Positions 28,386 to 38,868 of a DNA stretch of 64,000 bases are shown here, piece by piece. The notes beneath the pieces are model-generated. The model did no database searches and was not told the DNA's origin. It saw only the letters and a list, made by a program, of their open reading frames with translations. Both the position numbers and the translations under genes were made by a program. The stretch comes from an uncultured virus (IMG/VR IMGVR_UViG_3300032167_000096). Its lineage: Duplodnaviria > Heunggongvirae > Uroviricota > Caudoviricetes. The stretch covers positions 1 through 64,000 of the IMG/VR virus record IMGVR_UViG_3300032167_000096. One strand, written 5' to 3'. Within the stretch, counting starts at the first letter, position 1. Each line of letters begins with the position of its first letter.

Positions 28386-28547
28386 TTAATATTGTGTTGT
28401 AGTTGTTAAAAAATACACACGTAAAAGAATGATTATAACATATAAATAAAAGAGAGATAATCGAGTTTTTACGTTTTGCTTGCAAAGTTTTGTTTTTCCT
28501 TTCGTTGTGTTTGGATATGTGACATTTTCCTGCTCATTTTTGTTCAT
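28386..28547 (-). CDS. Possible small protein (53 aa) with hydrophobic C-terminus
   Basis: AAGGAGGT RBS before ATG at 28547; overlaps promoter motifs, so coding status is uncertain. Confidence 0.35.
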   Translation of the reverse strand: MNKNEQENVTYPNTTKGKTKLCKQNVKTRLSLFYLYVIIILLRVYFLTTTTQY

Positions 28548-28683
28548 GTAGACCTCCTTTTTCGATATATCTCCGCTTTTATATCTCATTTGTCAAGGAA
28601 GAGACGGTATAACTGTCTCTTCTTTTTTCTTTTTGGCACCCTCAACATACTGATAATAATTAAAATAATAGGAGGTTTGAGAT

Positions 28684-30096
28684 ATGAGTAAACCAAACTA
28701 TAAAACCTCAAGAAAATACAAGTGTCCATACTGTAACTTTAAAGCTACTAGGGGTGAACTTGTAGAGCATGTAGATAAGCTGCATGATGATCTCATTCCC
28801 GATAATTATACGGCAGCTAGAGCGGTATACGATTCTATAAATGGTAAAAATTATGGATTATGTATGATTTGCAAAGAGCCTGTATATGAGTGGAATGATA
28901 AAATCAATAGATATAGAAATCTTTGTGATAATCCTAAATGTAAGGCAAGAGTTAGAGAAATAGCTCTTGAAAGACATCTTAGGGTTTATAACAAACCTAC
29001 TCTTTTAAATGAGCCTGAACAGCAAGAAAAAATGCTTGCTGGCAGACGTATTTCCGGAACTTATACATTTACTGATGGAGCTAAGATGACGTATACAGGA
29101 TTATACGAAAAGAATGCTCTTGAATTTATGGATAAGGTCCTTAATATTCCTTCTAAAGACATTCAAGCACCTGGACCAGTATTAGAATATGAATTTGAGG
29201 GCCAAATTCATAAGTGGATTACTGATATCTACTATATACCAGCAAATCTTCTTATAGAAGTTAAAGACGGCGGCTCAAATCCTAATACTAGAAGTATGCC
29301 TGTTTATAGAAGCAAGCAAGCTGCTAAAGAAGTCATGATAACAAAGCTAGGGACTTTCAATTATGTCAGACTTACTGATAATAATTTTGCCCAGCTCCTT
29401 GATATTTTAGCAGATATTAAAAACGAAGCTATAACTTCAGACAATCCCAATATGAAGATTCATATAAATGAAGAGGTTGGAGGATTGCCTCCGCATAGAC
29501 CTCCTGTTGCTTATGTGGTTCCTTATGGAATGAATGGAGTATTTTCGGGATTTGCATATACAGATAGCGAGCTTGATAAATATATCATTGATGATGACGA
29601 GGGAATGCTTCCTCTTGTTGAAGATGCATTTCGCACAAAATATGAGCTTGGACCTCTTCTTGTTTATGAAGCTGCTGATGTAGAGTATAAGATTAGAGAG
29701 ATTCATGATTTAATATCTAATCCGCCTAAAACGGTTAAAGATATTATTGGAGTCTTAACAGGCTCAAAAATTATCGATAACAATCAGATCCTTTGCACAG
29801 AATGTTTTAGGTATTATGACGCTGAAGAGCAGAAACTGAAATGTAAACTTATTGAAAATGCTATGGTAAATATGCTTGATAAGGATTTTGATAAGAATAT
29901 AATTCGTACTGACGGCGAGCATGTAATTATCTGTCATTCTGAAAAAGGATACTATGCTATTACTAATGGAGACTTCTATATGGCTAGCGAGTATTTTTCT
30001 GATCTCGAAAGTCTTGAAGCTTCTGGCATTATAGACATCATGAACAATATCTATTCCAATAATTCAAAGAAGGAGGTTAGTAGTGATGCCATTTGA
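28684..30096 (+). CDS. Zn-finger + PD-(D/E)xK (TnsA/T4 gp4-like) nuclease-domain protein
   Basis: YKCPYC...HVDKLH C2H2 finger, CMIC...C..C, and WITDIY...LLIEVKDGG nuclease motif; late promoter at 28644-28655. Confidence 0.65.
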   Translation: MSKPNYKTSRKYKCPYCNFKATRGELVEHVDKLHDDLIPDNYTAARAVYDSINGKNYGLCMICKEPVYEWNDKINRYRNLCDNPKCKARVREIALERHLRVYNKPTLLNEPEQQEKMLAGRRISGTYTFTDGAKMTYTGLYEKNALEFMDKVLNIPSKDIQAPGPVLEYEFEGQIHKWITDIYYIPANLLIEVKDGGSNPNTRSMPVYRSKQAAKEVMITKLGTFNYVRLTDNNFAQLLDILADIKNEAITSDNPNMKIHINEEVGGLPPHRPPVAYVVPYGMNGVFSGFAYTDSELDKYIIDDDEGMLPLVEDAFRTKYELGPLLVYEAADVEYKIREIHDLISNPPKTVKDIIGVLTGSKIIDNNQILCTECFRYYDAEEQKLKCKLIENAMVNMLDKDFDKNIIRTDGEHVIICHSEKGYYAITNGDFYMASEYFSDLESLEASGIIDIMNNIYSNNSKKEVSSDAI

Positions 30097-32653
30097 TATT
30101 TTGGAAGATGATCTCAGAATTGAAAAATATCTGAGTAAAGAAAAGAAGCCGGAAATTATTGATGATTCGGCTAAAATTGAAGAGGCTATTATATGGTCTC
30201 GTGAAGCAAATAGAGTTATAATGATTCCTACTACAGACCTTCAAGATTTGGAGGAGCAGTGGAATAGATTTAACCAAATGCATAAAAAATTGCGTAGAGA
30301 ATCTGACTGGAAGTGCCTCGAGATATTTGGTTGTACCAATCAAACTCTCTATGAAGAAATGAGAGCAGTTGCTTTAGCTGGAGGAGATAGTTTTGAATTA
30401 GATGATTTCATTGAAGATAATGGAACCATTCAAGATCCTTCTTCTCCAGTTACAGAGTCGTATATTGACTATAGTAATTCTTATTATCCTTTGGATAGTA
30501 TAGAATATTCTACAGAAGATGTAGAAAAAGCAAAAGAATGGGCTGAAGAATCCAATAGAACTATTATTGTACCCACAAGAACTATTGAAGAGCTTGAAGC
30601 TTTGTGGGATGCATTTAATATGATGATTAAGAAGCATCGTAGAGAATCTGACTGGATGAGTGAAGAGCTGTTTGGAGTAACGAATCTTCGCCATTATGAA
30701 TATTTAAAGAGAGAATTCTTAAGAGACGACCTTTCTGATAATGATACAGATAAATATGGCTATATGATAGAATCTGGTACAAGTACTGATACGAAAAACT
30801 ACCTCAAATCTATACTTGAAAATGAATCTGTAAATATGGCCGCAAAATCTCTTATAGAAGCAGTTATTCCTAGAAAGAGTATCTATGAAGAGCTCTTAAC
30901 TAATAGAATTATATCTGATGTAATTGATGGAATGGATATTGGATCCTTGCCTGCAGTTAATTATGGTATTGATTGTGGAGAACTTCCTTTCCTTAGTCCA
31001 GACGATATGATTGATAAAGGCGTTTATGCTAGCAATCCAGAAGAAAATTTCTATGGAGTTATTGCCGATAATGCTGAACTAACTCCCGATATTACTGTAA
31101 AGGAATGGTTTAATAGTTATTACCATTTAGGAAAAGGATACTATACAGAATTTTCTAATTATGCATCTGACTGGATAAATAAAGTTAGACAGTTAATGCA
31201 TGAATTGAGTTTGATGAAAGAGACGGCTACAGAAGCACAGATAAATGCTAGAAAACAGTCTATTATTGAACTAGGATGGAATCCTGAGGTAGAATTCAAT
31301 GACAGGAATAGAATGATTGCTAGAGAAATTACTTCGCAGCGTCTTAATCCAAACTTTAAGCCTAGAGCTAAAGTAATTAACCTTGGAGAATTTTATGAAA
31401 ATTGTGAGGCCAAGGAAATCCTTACTGAAGCAGTAGTTGAAGGTGGAAAGAATCTTAAACCTGTATATGTAGTCATGATAGAAGGAAAGTCTTACTTTTC
31501 TAACGCTATCAAAACTATTACGCATGATATTTATTCTCATATTGCTATATCGCTTGATCCTTCGTTACACAATATGTATTCATTTGGAATTGCTAAGAAA
31601 GGTACTAACGAAAGACAAGGGTTTAGAAAAGAAGATATTGATGATTTGCCGATAGGTGGTAGAATTGGCGTTTATACATTCTTTGTTGGCCCAGAAGCAT
31701 ATGCTAATATCGAAGGATTTATTCAAAAATTTGTCGATAATGCTGAAAAGACCAGCTATTCATATATCAACCTATTTACTTACTTATTCAATATTCCTTA
31801 TAACAAGGAATGGAGTCTAATCTGTTCTCAATTTGTAAGTAGATGCCTACAAGCTGCAGACATTAATATTACCGGAAAGGATCCTTCTAAGGTATCTCCT
31901 TCAGATATGAATAAAGCTCTTAGTGCTGAACAAAGAATTTACTCTGTCTATTCTGGGCTTGCTTCAAAATATGAAGTTGGAAAGATGAAGAATCTTATTA
32001 ATGCTCTTTCGAAAAGAGCTACTCCTCTTAAAGAACAAGAGCTATTTTATATTAAGAATGAAACGGGATACGCTACAGCTATTATAAATAATATCAATAA
32101 TCTCTCAGCTTTATATGAAATGCAAAAGGATATTGATATTGTTTCTAATCCTGTTATTAGACGTATTCTAGAAAATGTATTATTCGATGCTATTGATATT
32201 AGGCCTTTTGGAGAAGCCAAAGAATTTCCAATTCAGTTTGATAAAGAAGGAAATCTTTTGATTAAGAATATCAAGAAGATTGATTTTGAAGCTGAATATG
32301 CAAAATCTCACAAGCTTCTAAAACAATATCATCAAGCTAAGAATTATGAAGGAATTAAATATGAGCTATCTAAATTATGGATGATGTCTTGTCTTATTGA
32401 AGAAAAGCTTCATTCTGAAAAGTTCCAAAAACTTCCTTCATTTGCAATAGAATCTTCTTCTGCTCATAAAGCAAGAGCCAAGATTTTAAATGATTTTAAA
32501 TACTATTTATCTGAAGTCATGAAAGTGGAAAATGATTTTAATTTTACAGAATATTATGAAGCAAGTCCTTTTAGTTCTGCTACAATTAAAGTTAATGCTA
32601 CAACAATGACTACAATGGTAGGATTAATTAAGAAATTGATTAAATCCTTCTAA
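30083..32653 (+). CDS. Large putative virion protein with permuted papain-like (YiiX/YaeF, NlpC/P60) domain
   Basis: FSNAIK...YSHIAISLD (His) precedes LICSQFVSRCL (Cys) and VSPSD; duplicated N-terminal module RRESDW...FG.TN. Confidence 0.65.
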   Translation: MMPFDILEDDLRIEKYLSKEKKPEIIDDSAKIEEAIIWSREANRVIMIPTTDLQDLEEQWNRFNQMHKKLRRESDWKCLEIFGCTNQTLYEEMRAVALAGGDSFELDDFIEDNGTIQDPSSPVTESYIDYSNSYYPLDSIEYSTEDVEKAKEWAEESNRTIIVPTRTIEELEALWDAFNMMIKKHRRESDWMSEELFGVTNLRHYEYLKREFLRDDLSDNDTDKYGYMIESGTSTDTKNYLKSILENESVNMAAKSLIEAVIPRKSIYEELLTNRIISDVIDGMDIGSLPAVNYGIDCGELPFLSPDDMIDKGVYASNPEENFYGVIADNAELTPDITVKEWFNSYYHLGKGYYTEFSNYASDWINKVRQLMHELSLMKETATEAQINARKQSIIELGWNPEVEFNDRNRMIAREITSQRLNPNFKPRAKVINLGEFYENCEAKEILTEAVVEGGKNLKPVYVVMIEGKSYFSNAIKTITHDIYSHIAISLDPSLHNMYSFGIAKKGTNERQGFRKEDIDDLPIGGRIGVYTFFVGPEAYANIEGFIQKFVDNAEKTSYSYINLFTYLFNIPYNKEWSLICSQFVSRCLQAADINITGKDPSKVSPSDMNKALSAEQRIYSVYSGLASKYEVGKMKNLINALSKRATPLKEQELFYIKNETGYATAIINNINNLSALYEMQKDIDIVSNPVIRRILENVLFDAIDIRPFGEAKEFPIQFDKEGNLLIKNIKKIDFEAEYAKSHKLLKQYHQAKNYEGIKYELSKLWMMSCLIEEKLHSEKFQKLPSFAIESSSAHKARAKILNDFKYYLSEVMKVENDFNFTEYYEASPFSSATIKVNATTMTTMVGLIKKLIKSF

Positions 32654-32757
32654 ATAATTAATGGGATATCTAGAAATAGATATCCCATTTTCTTTTATAA
32701 AATAATAGAGCCTAAACTTAGTAATAATCAAAATTTACATATTTGGAGGAGATAAAT

Positions 32758-34056
32758 ATGTGTTTTAGAAATGGTGGCATGCTAACAGGTGCCGAAATTG
32801 AAAAGCAAATAAAAAAAGGTCATATAGGAATAACTCCCTATGATCCTGTGGCTTTGAACCCAAATAGCTATAATCTTAAGCTACACCCCCAGCTACTTAT
32901 ATATGCAAGAGATTCTGATAGGTCAGACATCCTAAAACCTGATGCAGAATTCCAAGATCCTAATTTTATTAGAGATCTTGAATCTATTCTTTCAATTCTA
33001 GATTCTAGAATTACAGCTATTGAATCAAGAAATTCATTTAATTCTATTGATGCTAGTGGTATTGAGAATAAGTCTAATAGAATTATGAAGAGCATTAAGA
33101 ACAAATCTAAAGCTGAAATGTTTAGAAAGTTCGATACAATTCTTCTTAAAACGAGTTGCCAAAAGAAAGAAACTCAATCTTCGGAAATAGAAAACGAGCA
33201 ATTAAGCTTTTTCCATGAAAATACAGAAGCAGATGGAATTAATAATTCTGAAAATGCTAAGACAGCATATGAATTTGTTAATGATAAACAACTATATGAA
33301 GATTCTAAAGGCAATATTTATGCCAAAGAAAATGGAATTATGAATCTAGTAGAACCTGTTGCTTATGCAGTCACAAATAGAATTGATGATGTTCTTAATA
33401 AGATCGATTTGCTAGAAGATTCTTTCAGCGGAAATATTAATGATATTACAGCTCATATTGAAAATGAATTTGAGCAGATTGATAAAGCATTCGATACTAT
33501 AGATAAAAAGATCATTTCTACGGATATTGCTAGAAAGCAAGCTGATACTAAGCTTAGAAATGAGTTTATCGGATCGATTTCTGATATTACAAAAAGACTT
33601 GAATACTATATTTCTTCGCTTCGTGATTATATTCAGAATAACTTTGTTAAGAAAGATTTTCTTGCTCCTCTTGATATGATGAAAGAGAATAAGACTATTG
33701 AATTGACAATTCCTGAAGAAGGTCTTGTTCTTCAGCCTGGAGTTCTTTATATTGGGCGTACAGTTGAAAGAACTTGGAGTGATAAATTTATTCCTATGAT
33801 TAATGGCCGTTCATCTGGTGGCCGTCTTGGTATCTCTGTTCATGTTTGTGCAGGATTTGGAGATATTGGATTTGATGGCACATGGACGCTTGAGATTACT
33901 GTTGTAGAGCCTATTCGTATATATGCAAATACTGATATTGCTCAGGTTTGTTATTTTAAGCCTTGTGGCAAGGTAGGAAAACTTTATAGAGGCAGATATT
34001 ATAAACAGGAAGAAGCTACAGCAAGTAGATTTTATAAGCCTAAGGAGGATATTTAA
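32758..34056 (+). CDS. dcd: dCTP deaminase with ~250-aa internal insertion
   Basis: MLTGAEI...LNPNSYNLKL at the N-terminus; LQPG..YIGRT.E, GRSSGGRLG, AGFGDIGFDGTWTLEI, IAQVCY, YRGRY at the C-terminus. Confidence 0.88.
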   Translation: MCFRNGGMLTGAEIEKQIKKGHIGITPYDPVALNPNSYNLKLHPQLLIYARDSDRSDILKPDAEFQDPNFIRDLESILSILDSRITAIESRNSFNSIDASGIENKSNRIMKSIKNKSKAEMFRKFDTILLKTSCQKKETQSSEIENEQLSFFHENTEADGINNSENAKTAYEFVNDKQLYEDSKGNIYAKENGIMNLVEPVAYAVTNRIDDVLNKIDLLEDSFSGNINDITAHIENEFEQIDKAFDTIDKKIISTDIARKQADTKLRNEFIGSISDITKRLEYYISSLRDYIQNNFVKKDFLAPLDMMKENKTIELTIPEEGLVLQPGVLYIGRTVERTWSDKFIPMINGRSSGGRLGISVHVCAGFGDIGFDGTWTLEITVVEPIRIYANTDIAQVCYFKPCGKVGKLYRGRYYKQEEATASRFYKPKEDI

Positions 34057-34057
34057 T

Positions 34058-34969
34058 ATGGATGAAAAGAAACCTACAATTTATACGGGTAGCAAATTCT
34101 TCAAGTTTAATGATAATCAAGAACTTGAGATAATCCGTGTAGTAAATATTGATAAAAAGGACAGGGTTAAGTATAAACAGGCTGATGGTACAAATAAATC
34201 TATGTCTTCTGAATACCTTACATCCAATTATCATATGCTTAAACCGGATGGACTCTTTATGCTATCAATTGTTAAGAATAGCGAAGTATCTGATACAATT
34301 GTAGCGCTCAAGAGTTTTAAGAAAGAACCTAAGAGACCTGATCTACCTTTTGCAGTATGTAGACAGGGAATCTATGATTTCTTTACAAATATTACAAATA
34401 ATAATCCTGACAAGATTATTCATGTTGGAGTATCGGTTAATCAGGACACTTGTCCTGCTAATCTTGATTTTCAGCTTGTGCTTACATGCACAGCTCTGAA
34501 ATCTGCACAACCTATTGCAGTATATCTTGACGATACGCTCGAAGATATTCTTTCTTTGTTTAGCAATGTCAAGTATGATAACTCAATTAAAGAAATGTCG
34601 TCTGCTCTCGTGGGTCAATTTAAAGATAAAGAAGTTTGTGGTATATGCTCTAGTCTTAAAGAGCTTCTTATAACAAATAACTTTATGTATGACTTTAGAA
34701 AGTGTTTCGACATTACCGAAGTACCGTTTTCTGTAAATGCTGAGGATGAATGTCTCAGTATGGAGAATATTCTTTTCTTAGAGAACGAACTCAAAGTTAA
34801 TATTATGGAAACTTATATTGTAGAATATTCTAGAGAAATTGATTTAAGCAAGATCAATAGAAAATATTTGCTTATTTCTTCTGCTCAGGATAATTTCAAT
34901 AAAGTTTATATTTGTGGTTATGATGCTGCAGACGGAAAGTACCTTCCCAGATCTATGAGTGAAATCTAA
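34058..34969 (+). CDS. Hypothetical protein
   Basis: 303-aa ORF with AGGAGG RBS. Confidence 0.7.
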   Translation: MDEKKPTIYTGSKFFKFNDNQELEIIRVVNIDKKDRVKYKQADGTNKSMSSEYLTSNYHMLKPDGLFMLSIVKNSEVSDTIVALKSFKKEPKRPDLPFAVCRQGIYDFFTNITNNNPDKIIHVGVSVNQDTCPANLDFQLVLTCTALKSAQPIAVYLDDTLEDILSLFSNVKYDNSIKEMSSALVGQFKDKEVCGICSSLKELLITNNFMYDFRKCFDITEVPFSVNAEDECLSMENILFLENELKVNIMETYIVEYSREIDLSKINRKYLLISSAQDNFNKVYICGYDAADGKYLPRSMSEI

Positions 34970-35111
34970 TTATTTACGTTTAATTATTAAAGAATTAAAC
35001 TTAATAATAGACATATAATATTATAGTGATGACGTGGAAGGGATAGAAGTTTACAATATCCATAACACTGAATTAAAATCAAAAAAAACTATTTTACAAG
35101 GAGAAAGTATC

Positions 35112-35882
35112 ATGACAGACAGCAAAATCGTGAAAACCGAAACCGCAAAGACCGAAAAGTGCAGAATCACTGTTTCGGACCATCCCGAGTTTAAGGGCGA
35201 CATGAAGACCAATATCATTTCGACTATCGATATGGCAAAGGTTATTTCTGAGCTCTTCGCTCCCGTATTCCATGACTACTATGGTTGCAACATCCGTATC
35301 AATGACGGATCTGCGCTTCCCACTGTAGCCGCATCTATGCCCATCGGAACTCTCTACGTCGATCTTTACTTCAAGGATCAGGGCGATGAGTCCAAGGGTG
35401 AAATCAAGAACCTCCGTCCCTACGGCTATGATGAGAAGAAGGCCGCAGAGAAGAAGGAAGATTCCAAGCCCAGCCTTGCTGAGCGTTATAACAAGGTAGC
35501 TGGTGCAGGCATTGGCCATGCATTCGTTGTTACCAAGGACACCAAGGAAGCTCTCGAAGTGTTCATGCGTTCTGGCGATCGTACTCGTTGGAATGAGCAC
35601 ATCCAGGAGATCAGCACCCCTATGTCTGCATATGGCAAGGAAGAAGTTGTTGTATGCGTATCCGGTCTTGACCTTAACAAGCTTATCACCGAGATCTATG
35701 GTGACAAGACTGATGATGGTCGCTTCGAGTACGTAGCAACTCCCTCTACCATGATTCCCGGTAAGAGCAATGAGTTCATCATGCAGGTTTGCCAGCTTGA
35801 CACTGGTGTTGTTCGTGAGATTCAGAGAAGTCTCGGAATCTATGCGGCATCTGCTCCTCAGTTCCATCGTTATACTCGCTAA
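35112..35882 (+). CDS. Hypothetical protein, probably highly expressed
   Basis: Strong C/G-ending codon bias relative to neighbours; AGGAG RBS; both promoter motifs upstream; terminator at 35912-35947. Confidence 0.7.
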   Translation: MTDSKIVKTETAKTEKCRITVSDHPEFKGDMKTNIISTIDMAKVISELFAPVFHDYYGCNIRINDGSALPTVAASMPIGTLYVDLYFKDQGDESKGEIKNLRPYGYDEKKAAEKKEDSKPSLAERYNKVAGAGIGHAFVVTKDTKEALEVFMRSGDRTRWNEHIQEISTPMSAYGKEEVVVCVSGLDLNKLITEIYGDKTDDGRFEYVATPSTMIPGKSNEFIMQVCQLDTGVVREIQRSLGIYAASAPQFHRYTR

Positions 35883-35972
35883 TCTGAAACGGTTAGTCTC
35901 TGAGTATAATAGGAAAGGCATGAAGTTTATTCTTCATGCCTTTCTTTTTTAATCATTAGGAGGATAAATAAA

Positions 35973-36386
35973 ATGGCATTTGGTGGAAAGAAAGAATTTC
36001 AGCTAGAAATTGATCCATCTCTCAATGTTGTATTTGATGAGATCCCTGGGAATAGTTTCTTGGCTTTGAGAAAACTAAGATGGTCTCCTAGCGGACCTTT
36101 TAAACTCGATATTCGTAAATGGTATACGAATAGTGAGGGAGAAGAAATCGCAGGAAAGGGTGTAGCATTCATGACTGAAGAAGGGCCCGATAATCTTATT
36201 GAGGCACTTCTGACAAATGGTTATGGCGACACAAGAAAAACCCTCAATGGCCTTAAAGATAGAGAAGATTTCTTCCCTGCTGTTAAAGAGATTATTGAGG
36301 AGTCTGGAGTAGATCTTGATTCAATTGCATCGGCAAGCATCGATTCTCTTGATCAAAGTTTCTATGATCCTAAGAGCATTATTTGA
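35973..36386 (+). CDS. PC4/YdbC-like single-stranded DNA-binding protein
   Basis: LRKLRWS....KLDIRKWY......GKGVAF; acidic C-terminal tail. Confidence 0.75.
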   Translation: MAFGGKKEFQLEIDPSLNVVFDEIPGNSFLALRKLRWSPSGPFKLDIRKWYTNSEGEEIAGKGVAFMTEEGPDNLIEALLTNGYGDTRKTLNGLKDREDFFPAVKEIIEESGVDLDSIASASIDSLDQSFYDPKSII

Positions 36387-36434
36387 TATACTTCTCCTTG
36401 AGTATATATAAACCCGAGAGAGGAGGATGAGATA

Positions 36435-37535
36435 ATGCAGGATAATTTTCAGGCGTACAACCCAAATATTGCAGACCTTTTGTATGGATCTTTTATCAAA
36501 TATGATAGGATGTATGAAATGACTAAGTTTGCATTATATGGAGCTACTGATGTAAGAGATATAAATATTTTTATAGATGCTTATTCTATCCTGAGAAGCC
36601 TCTATAGGCAAGGCTCAAACATCTCTGTCAAGGACTCATGCGTTATAGCATCCTCCTTGATCAACCTTGCCATTCATCTAAGAGCTTATTTTGAAACTCG
36701 CCATAAAACTACTAGCAAAGTCTATATAGTATATGGGGGAGCTAGACCAAAAGAGGCTTTCGTGAATTATTATAGATACAATGAGAAGAATATTTTTATG
36801 GAAAATTCTAATATCATGCTCAGTAATCTCATTGATGATAATCTAAACATGATAAAAGTTCTTACTCCATATTTATATGATATTTTTTATGTCATTGATA
36901 AAGAAAATGAATTTTCGGTAATTGTATCTTCTATCATTAATAAAAATAAAGAAGACAAATCTCCAAATCTCATCTATAGCAAAGATGATCTAGCATACCA
37001 GCTAGTAGCATTTAAACCAAGAACCTTTTTGTATAGACCTAAAAAGAGAATGCAAGAAGACGTATCTTGGGTTGCAACAAAAAGCACATTGTATAATGCA
37101 TATAGATATGGAGAGCTTGGGGTAAAGAAGCAAATTGAAACTATTCTAGACTTTCGTATGTTTAGTATATTTCAAGCTGTATCTGGAGTTCGAGATCGTA
37201 GTATGAATGCTTTAAAGAATGCAAACAATGCTATCAAACTTTTAGAGAATGCTGTTGCTTCTAATATATTTTCAAATGGCTATAATGCCAATGCAATCTT
37301 TTTCATGGAGCCTAATCCATTCTGTTTACTAGAAAATATAAAAGGTATAACTGGAGCTGAAGTCACAAATAGATTTGCAGCTATTGATTTAAATTATCAA
37401 ACTATGCTATTTGAAAATTCTATTGCATCTATGGATATGACAGCAGGACTTATAAATCTTTATAATCCTGATGAAGTTCGATATATTAATAATAGATATT
37501 TCCAAGAGTATCCGTTAGACCTTAACAGAGTGTAA
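36435..37535 (+). CDS. Possible PIN/FEN-fold 5'-3' exonuclease-like protein
   Basis: INIFIDAYSIL, VYIVYGG, NLIYSKDDLAYQLV, SGVRDRS loosely match FEN-like motifs. Confidence 0.45.
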   Translation: MQDNFQAYNPNIADLLYGSFIKYDRMYEMTKFALYGATDVRDINIFIDAYSILRSLYRQGSNISVKDSCVIASSLINLAIHLRAYFETRHKTTSKVYIVYGGARPKEAFVNYYRYNEKNIFMENSNIMLSNLIDDNLNMIKVLTPYLYDIFYVIDKENEFSVIVSSIINKNKEDKSPNLIYSKDDLAYQLVAFKPRTFLYRPKKRMQEDVSWVATKSTLYNAYRYGELGVKKQIETILDFRMFSIFQAVSGVRDRSMNALKNANNAIKLLENAVASNIFSNGYNANAIFFMEPNPFCLLENIKGITGAEVTNRFAAIDLNYQTMLFENSIASMDMTAGLINLYNPDEVRYINNRYFQEYPLDLNRV

Positions 37536-37608
37536 AAGAGAGCAGCCTGAACATAAAGGTAGTACAAGTTTAGTACTACCTTTTATTTTTTTTTGGAGGT
37601 GATGATAT

Positions 37609-38814
37609 ATGGCTAATACTGTAAAAGAAACATATTCACAAAATACATCAGTATTTAGATATACCGTATCTATGAGATTTATACACGATGGAGAAGTATT
37701 CAATATTGAAAATAACAGAATACGCTCTATTGCTATAGACTATAATTATAAAGAAATGAATATGCCTATGATATTCTTAACGGCAGTTTTAGAAGATCAG
37801 TTGGCTGAACGAATGGATAGAAATCAAGATAGTGGTACTATTATTTTTGAACTTAAAAGGGCAAATGTTAGCTCTGATATGCCAAATTTATATACAAACT
37901 ATATTTCCGATAAATTTATCTACTTCATCAATATAAATGATGGAGGAAAAGAATATAGTGCAGAAGAAGATGTCAATAGAACTGTTACCATTGGTCTACT
38001 TAGTCTTGATTGCGTAAACAAAAATAAAAAGCATCTTAATGGAGTTATTAATGGCAATCTAAGCTCTCTCATGTATTATATTACAGGGCATATTCCTGTT
38101 GTACTTGAGCCGCCTAGAAAGAATATAAATTTTGTAAATCAATTCTTACCGCCTATGAATAGTGTTGCTAAATCTATTGAATATATTAATAATTTGGCAA
38201 CTTTCTATGATACTCCATATAGATTTTTTATAGATTTTGATTGTGCTTATTTAATCTCTTCATCTGGCAAGGGCATAACCAAGAAAGGTGAGGAGATTAA
38301 TACCGTTATGATCAATCTAAGACAGACATACAATACTGAGTCCAAGCAGCAAGGTATGACAATGAATGAAGCTCGCACTATGTATCAAATAGAGATCGAT
38401 GATGAGGAAGACTGTGAAATCTCAGATAATCATTTTTCAGAAAAGATATATTCTAAAGTGACCGCCGTCAATGCATCTGGGCAGTCTTTTAATAAATCTA
38501 TTCGAACTAGCGAAGATTCTAATGTTAATGCAAAAAATAGATTTATTAGAATTATGAATGATAATGAAGGAATACTTGATAATACAGTTTCTTCTATTAA
38601 TTCTTCAGCTATTCAGATAATGGTACAGAAAGCAGATATTGATGCATCGGTATTAACACTGAATAAAGAGTATATCATTAATGCAAAAGAAGTTCGCAAT
38701 AATGATATATATAATGGAAGGTATTTACTTGCTAGAAAAAGAGAGTTATATATTAGGCAAGATGAAGAATTTATAGCTAACGTAATGCTCTTATTCGATA
38801 AAGCTCCATACTAA
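37609..38814 (+). CDS. Putative baseplate hub/tail structural protein
   Basis: Late promoter at 37550-37561; beta-rich; YNGRYLLARKRE C-terminus resembles gp27/VgrG-like hub proteins. Confidence 0.45.
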   Translation: MANTVKETYSQNTSVFRYTVSMRFIHDGEVFNIENNRIRSIAIDYNYKEMNMPMIFLTAVLEDQLAERMDRNQDSGTIIFELKRANVSSDMPNLYTNYISDKFIYFININDGGKEYSAEEDVNRTVTIGLLSLDCVNKNKKHLNGVINGNLSSLMYYITGHIPVVLEPPRKNINFVNQFLPPMNSVAKSIEYINNLATFYDTPYRFFIDFDCAYLISSSGKGITKKGEEINTVMINLRQTYNTESKQQGMTMNEARTMYQIEIDDEEDCEISDNHFSEKIYSKVTAVNASGQSFNKSIRTSEDSNVNAKNRFIRIMNDNEGILDNTVSSINSSAIQIMVQKADIDASVLTLNKEYIINAKEVRNNDIYNGRYLLARKRELYIRQDEEFIANVMLLFDKAPY

Positions 38815-38868
38815 AAAAAAATAGACGAGTACAGAGAAATCTGTACTCGTCTTTTGCTTTGGAGGACA

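Noticed and set aside
32905..33669. Intein or intron in dcd
   Set aside because: No intein terminal residues or endonuclease motifs, and no group I P/Q/R/S elements seen.
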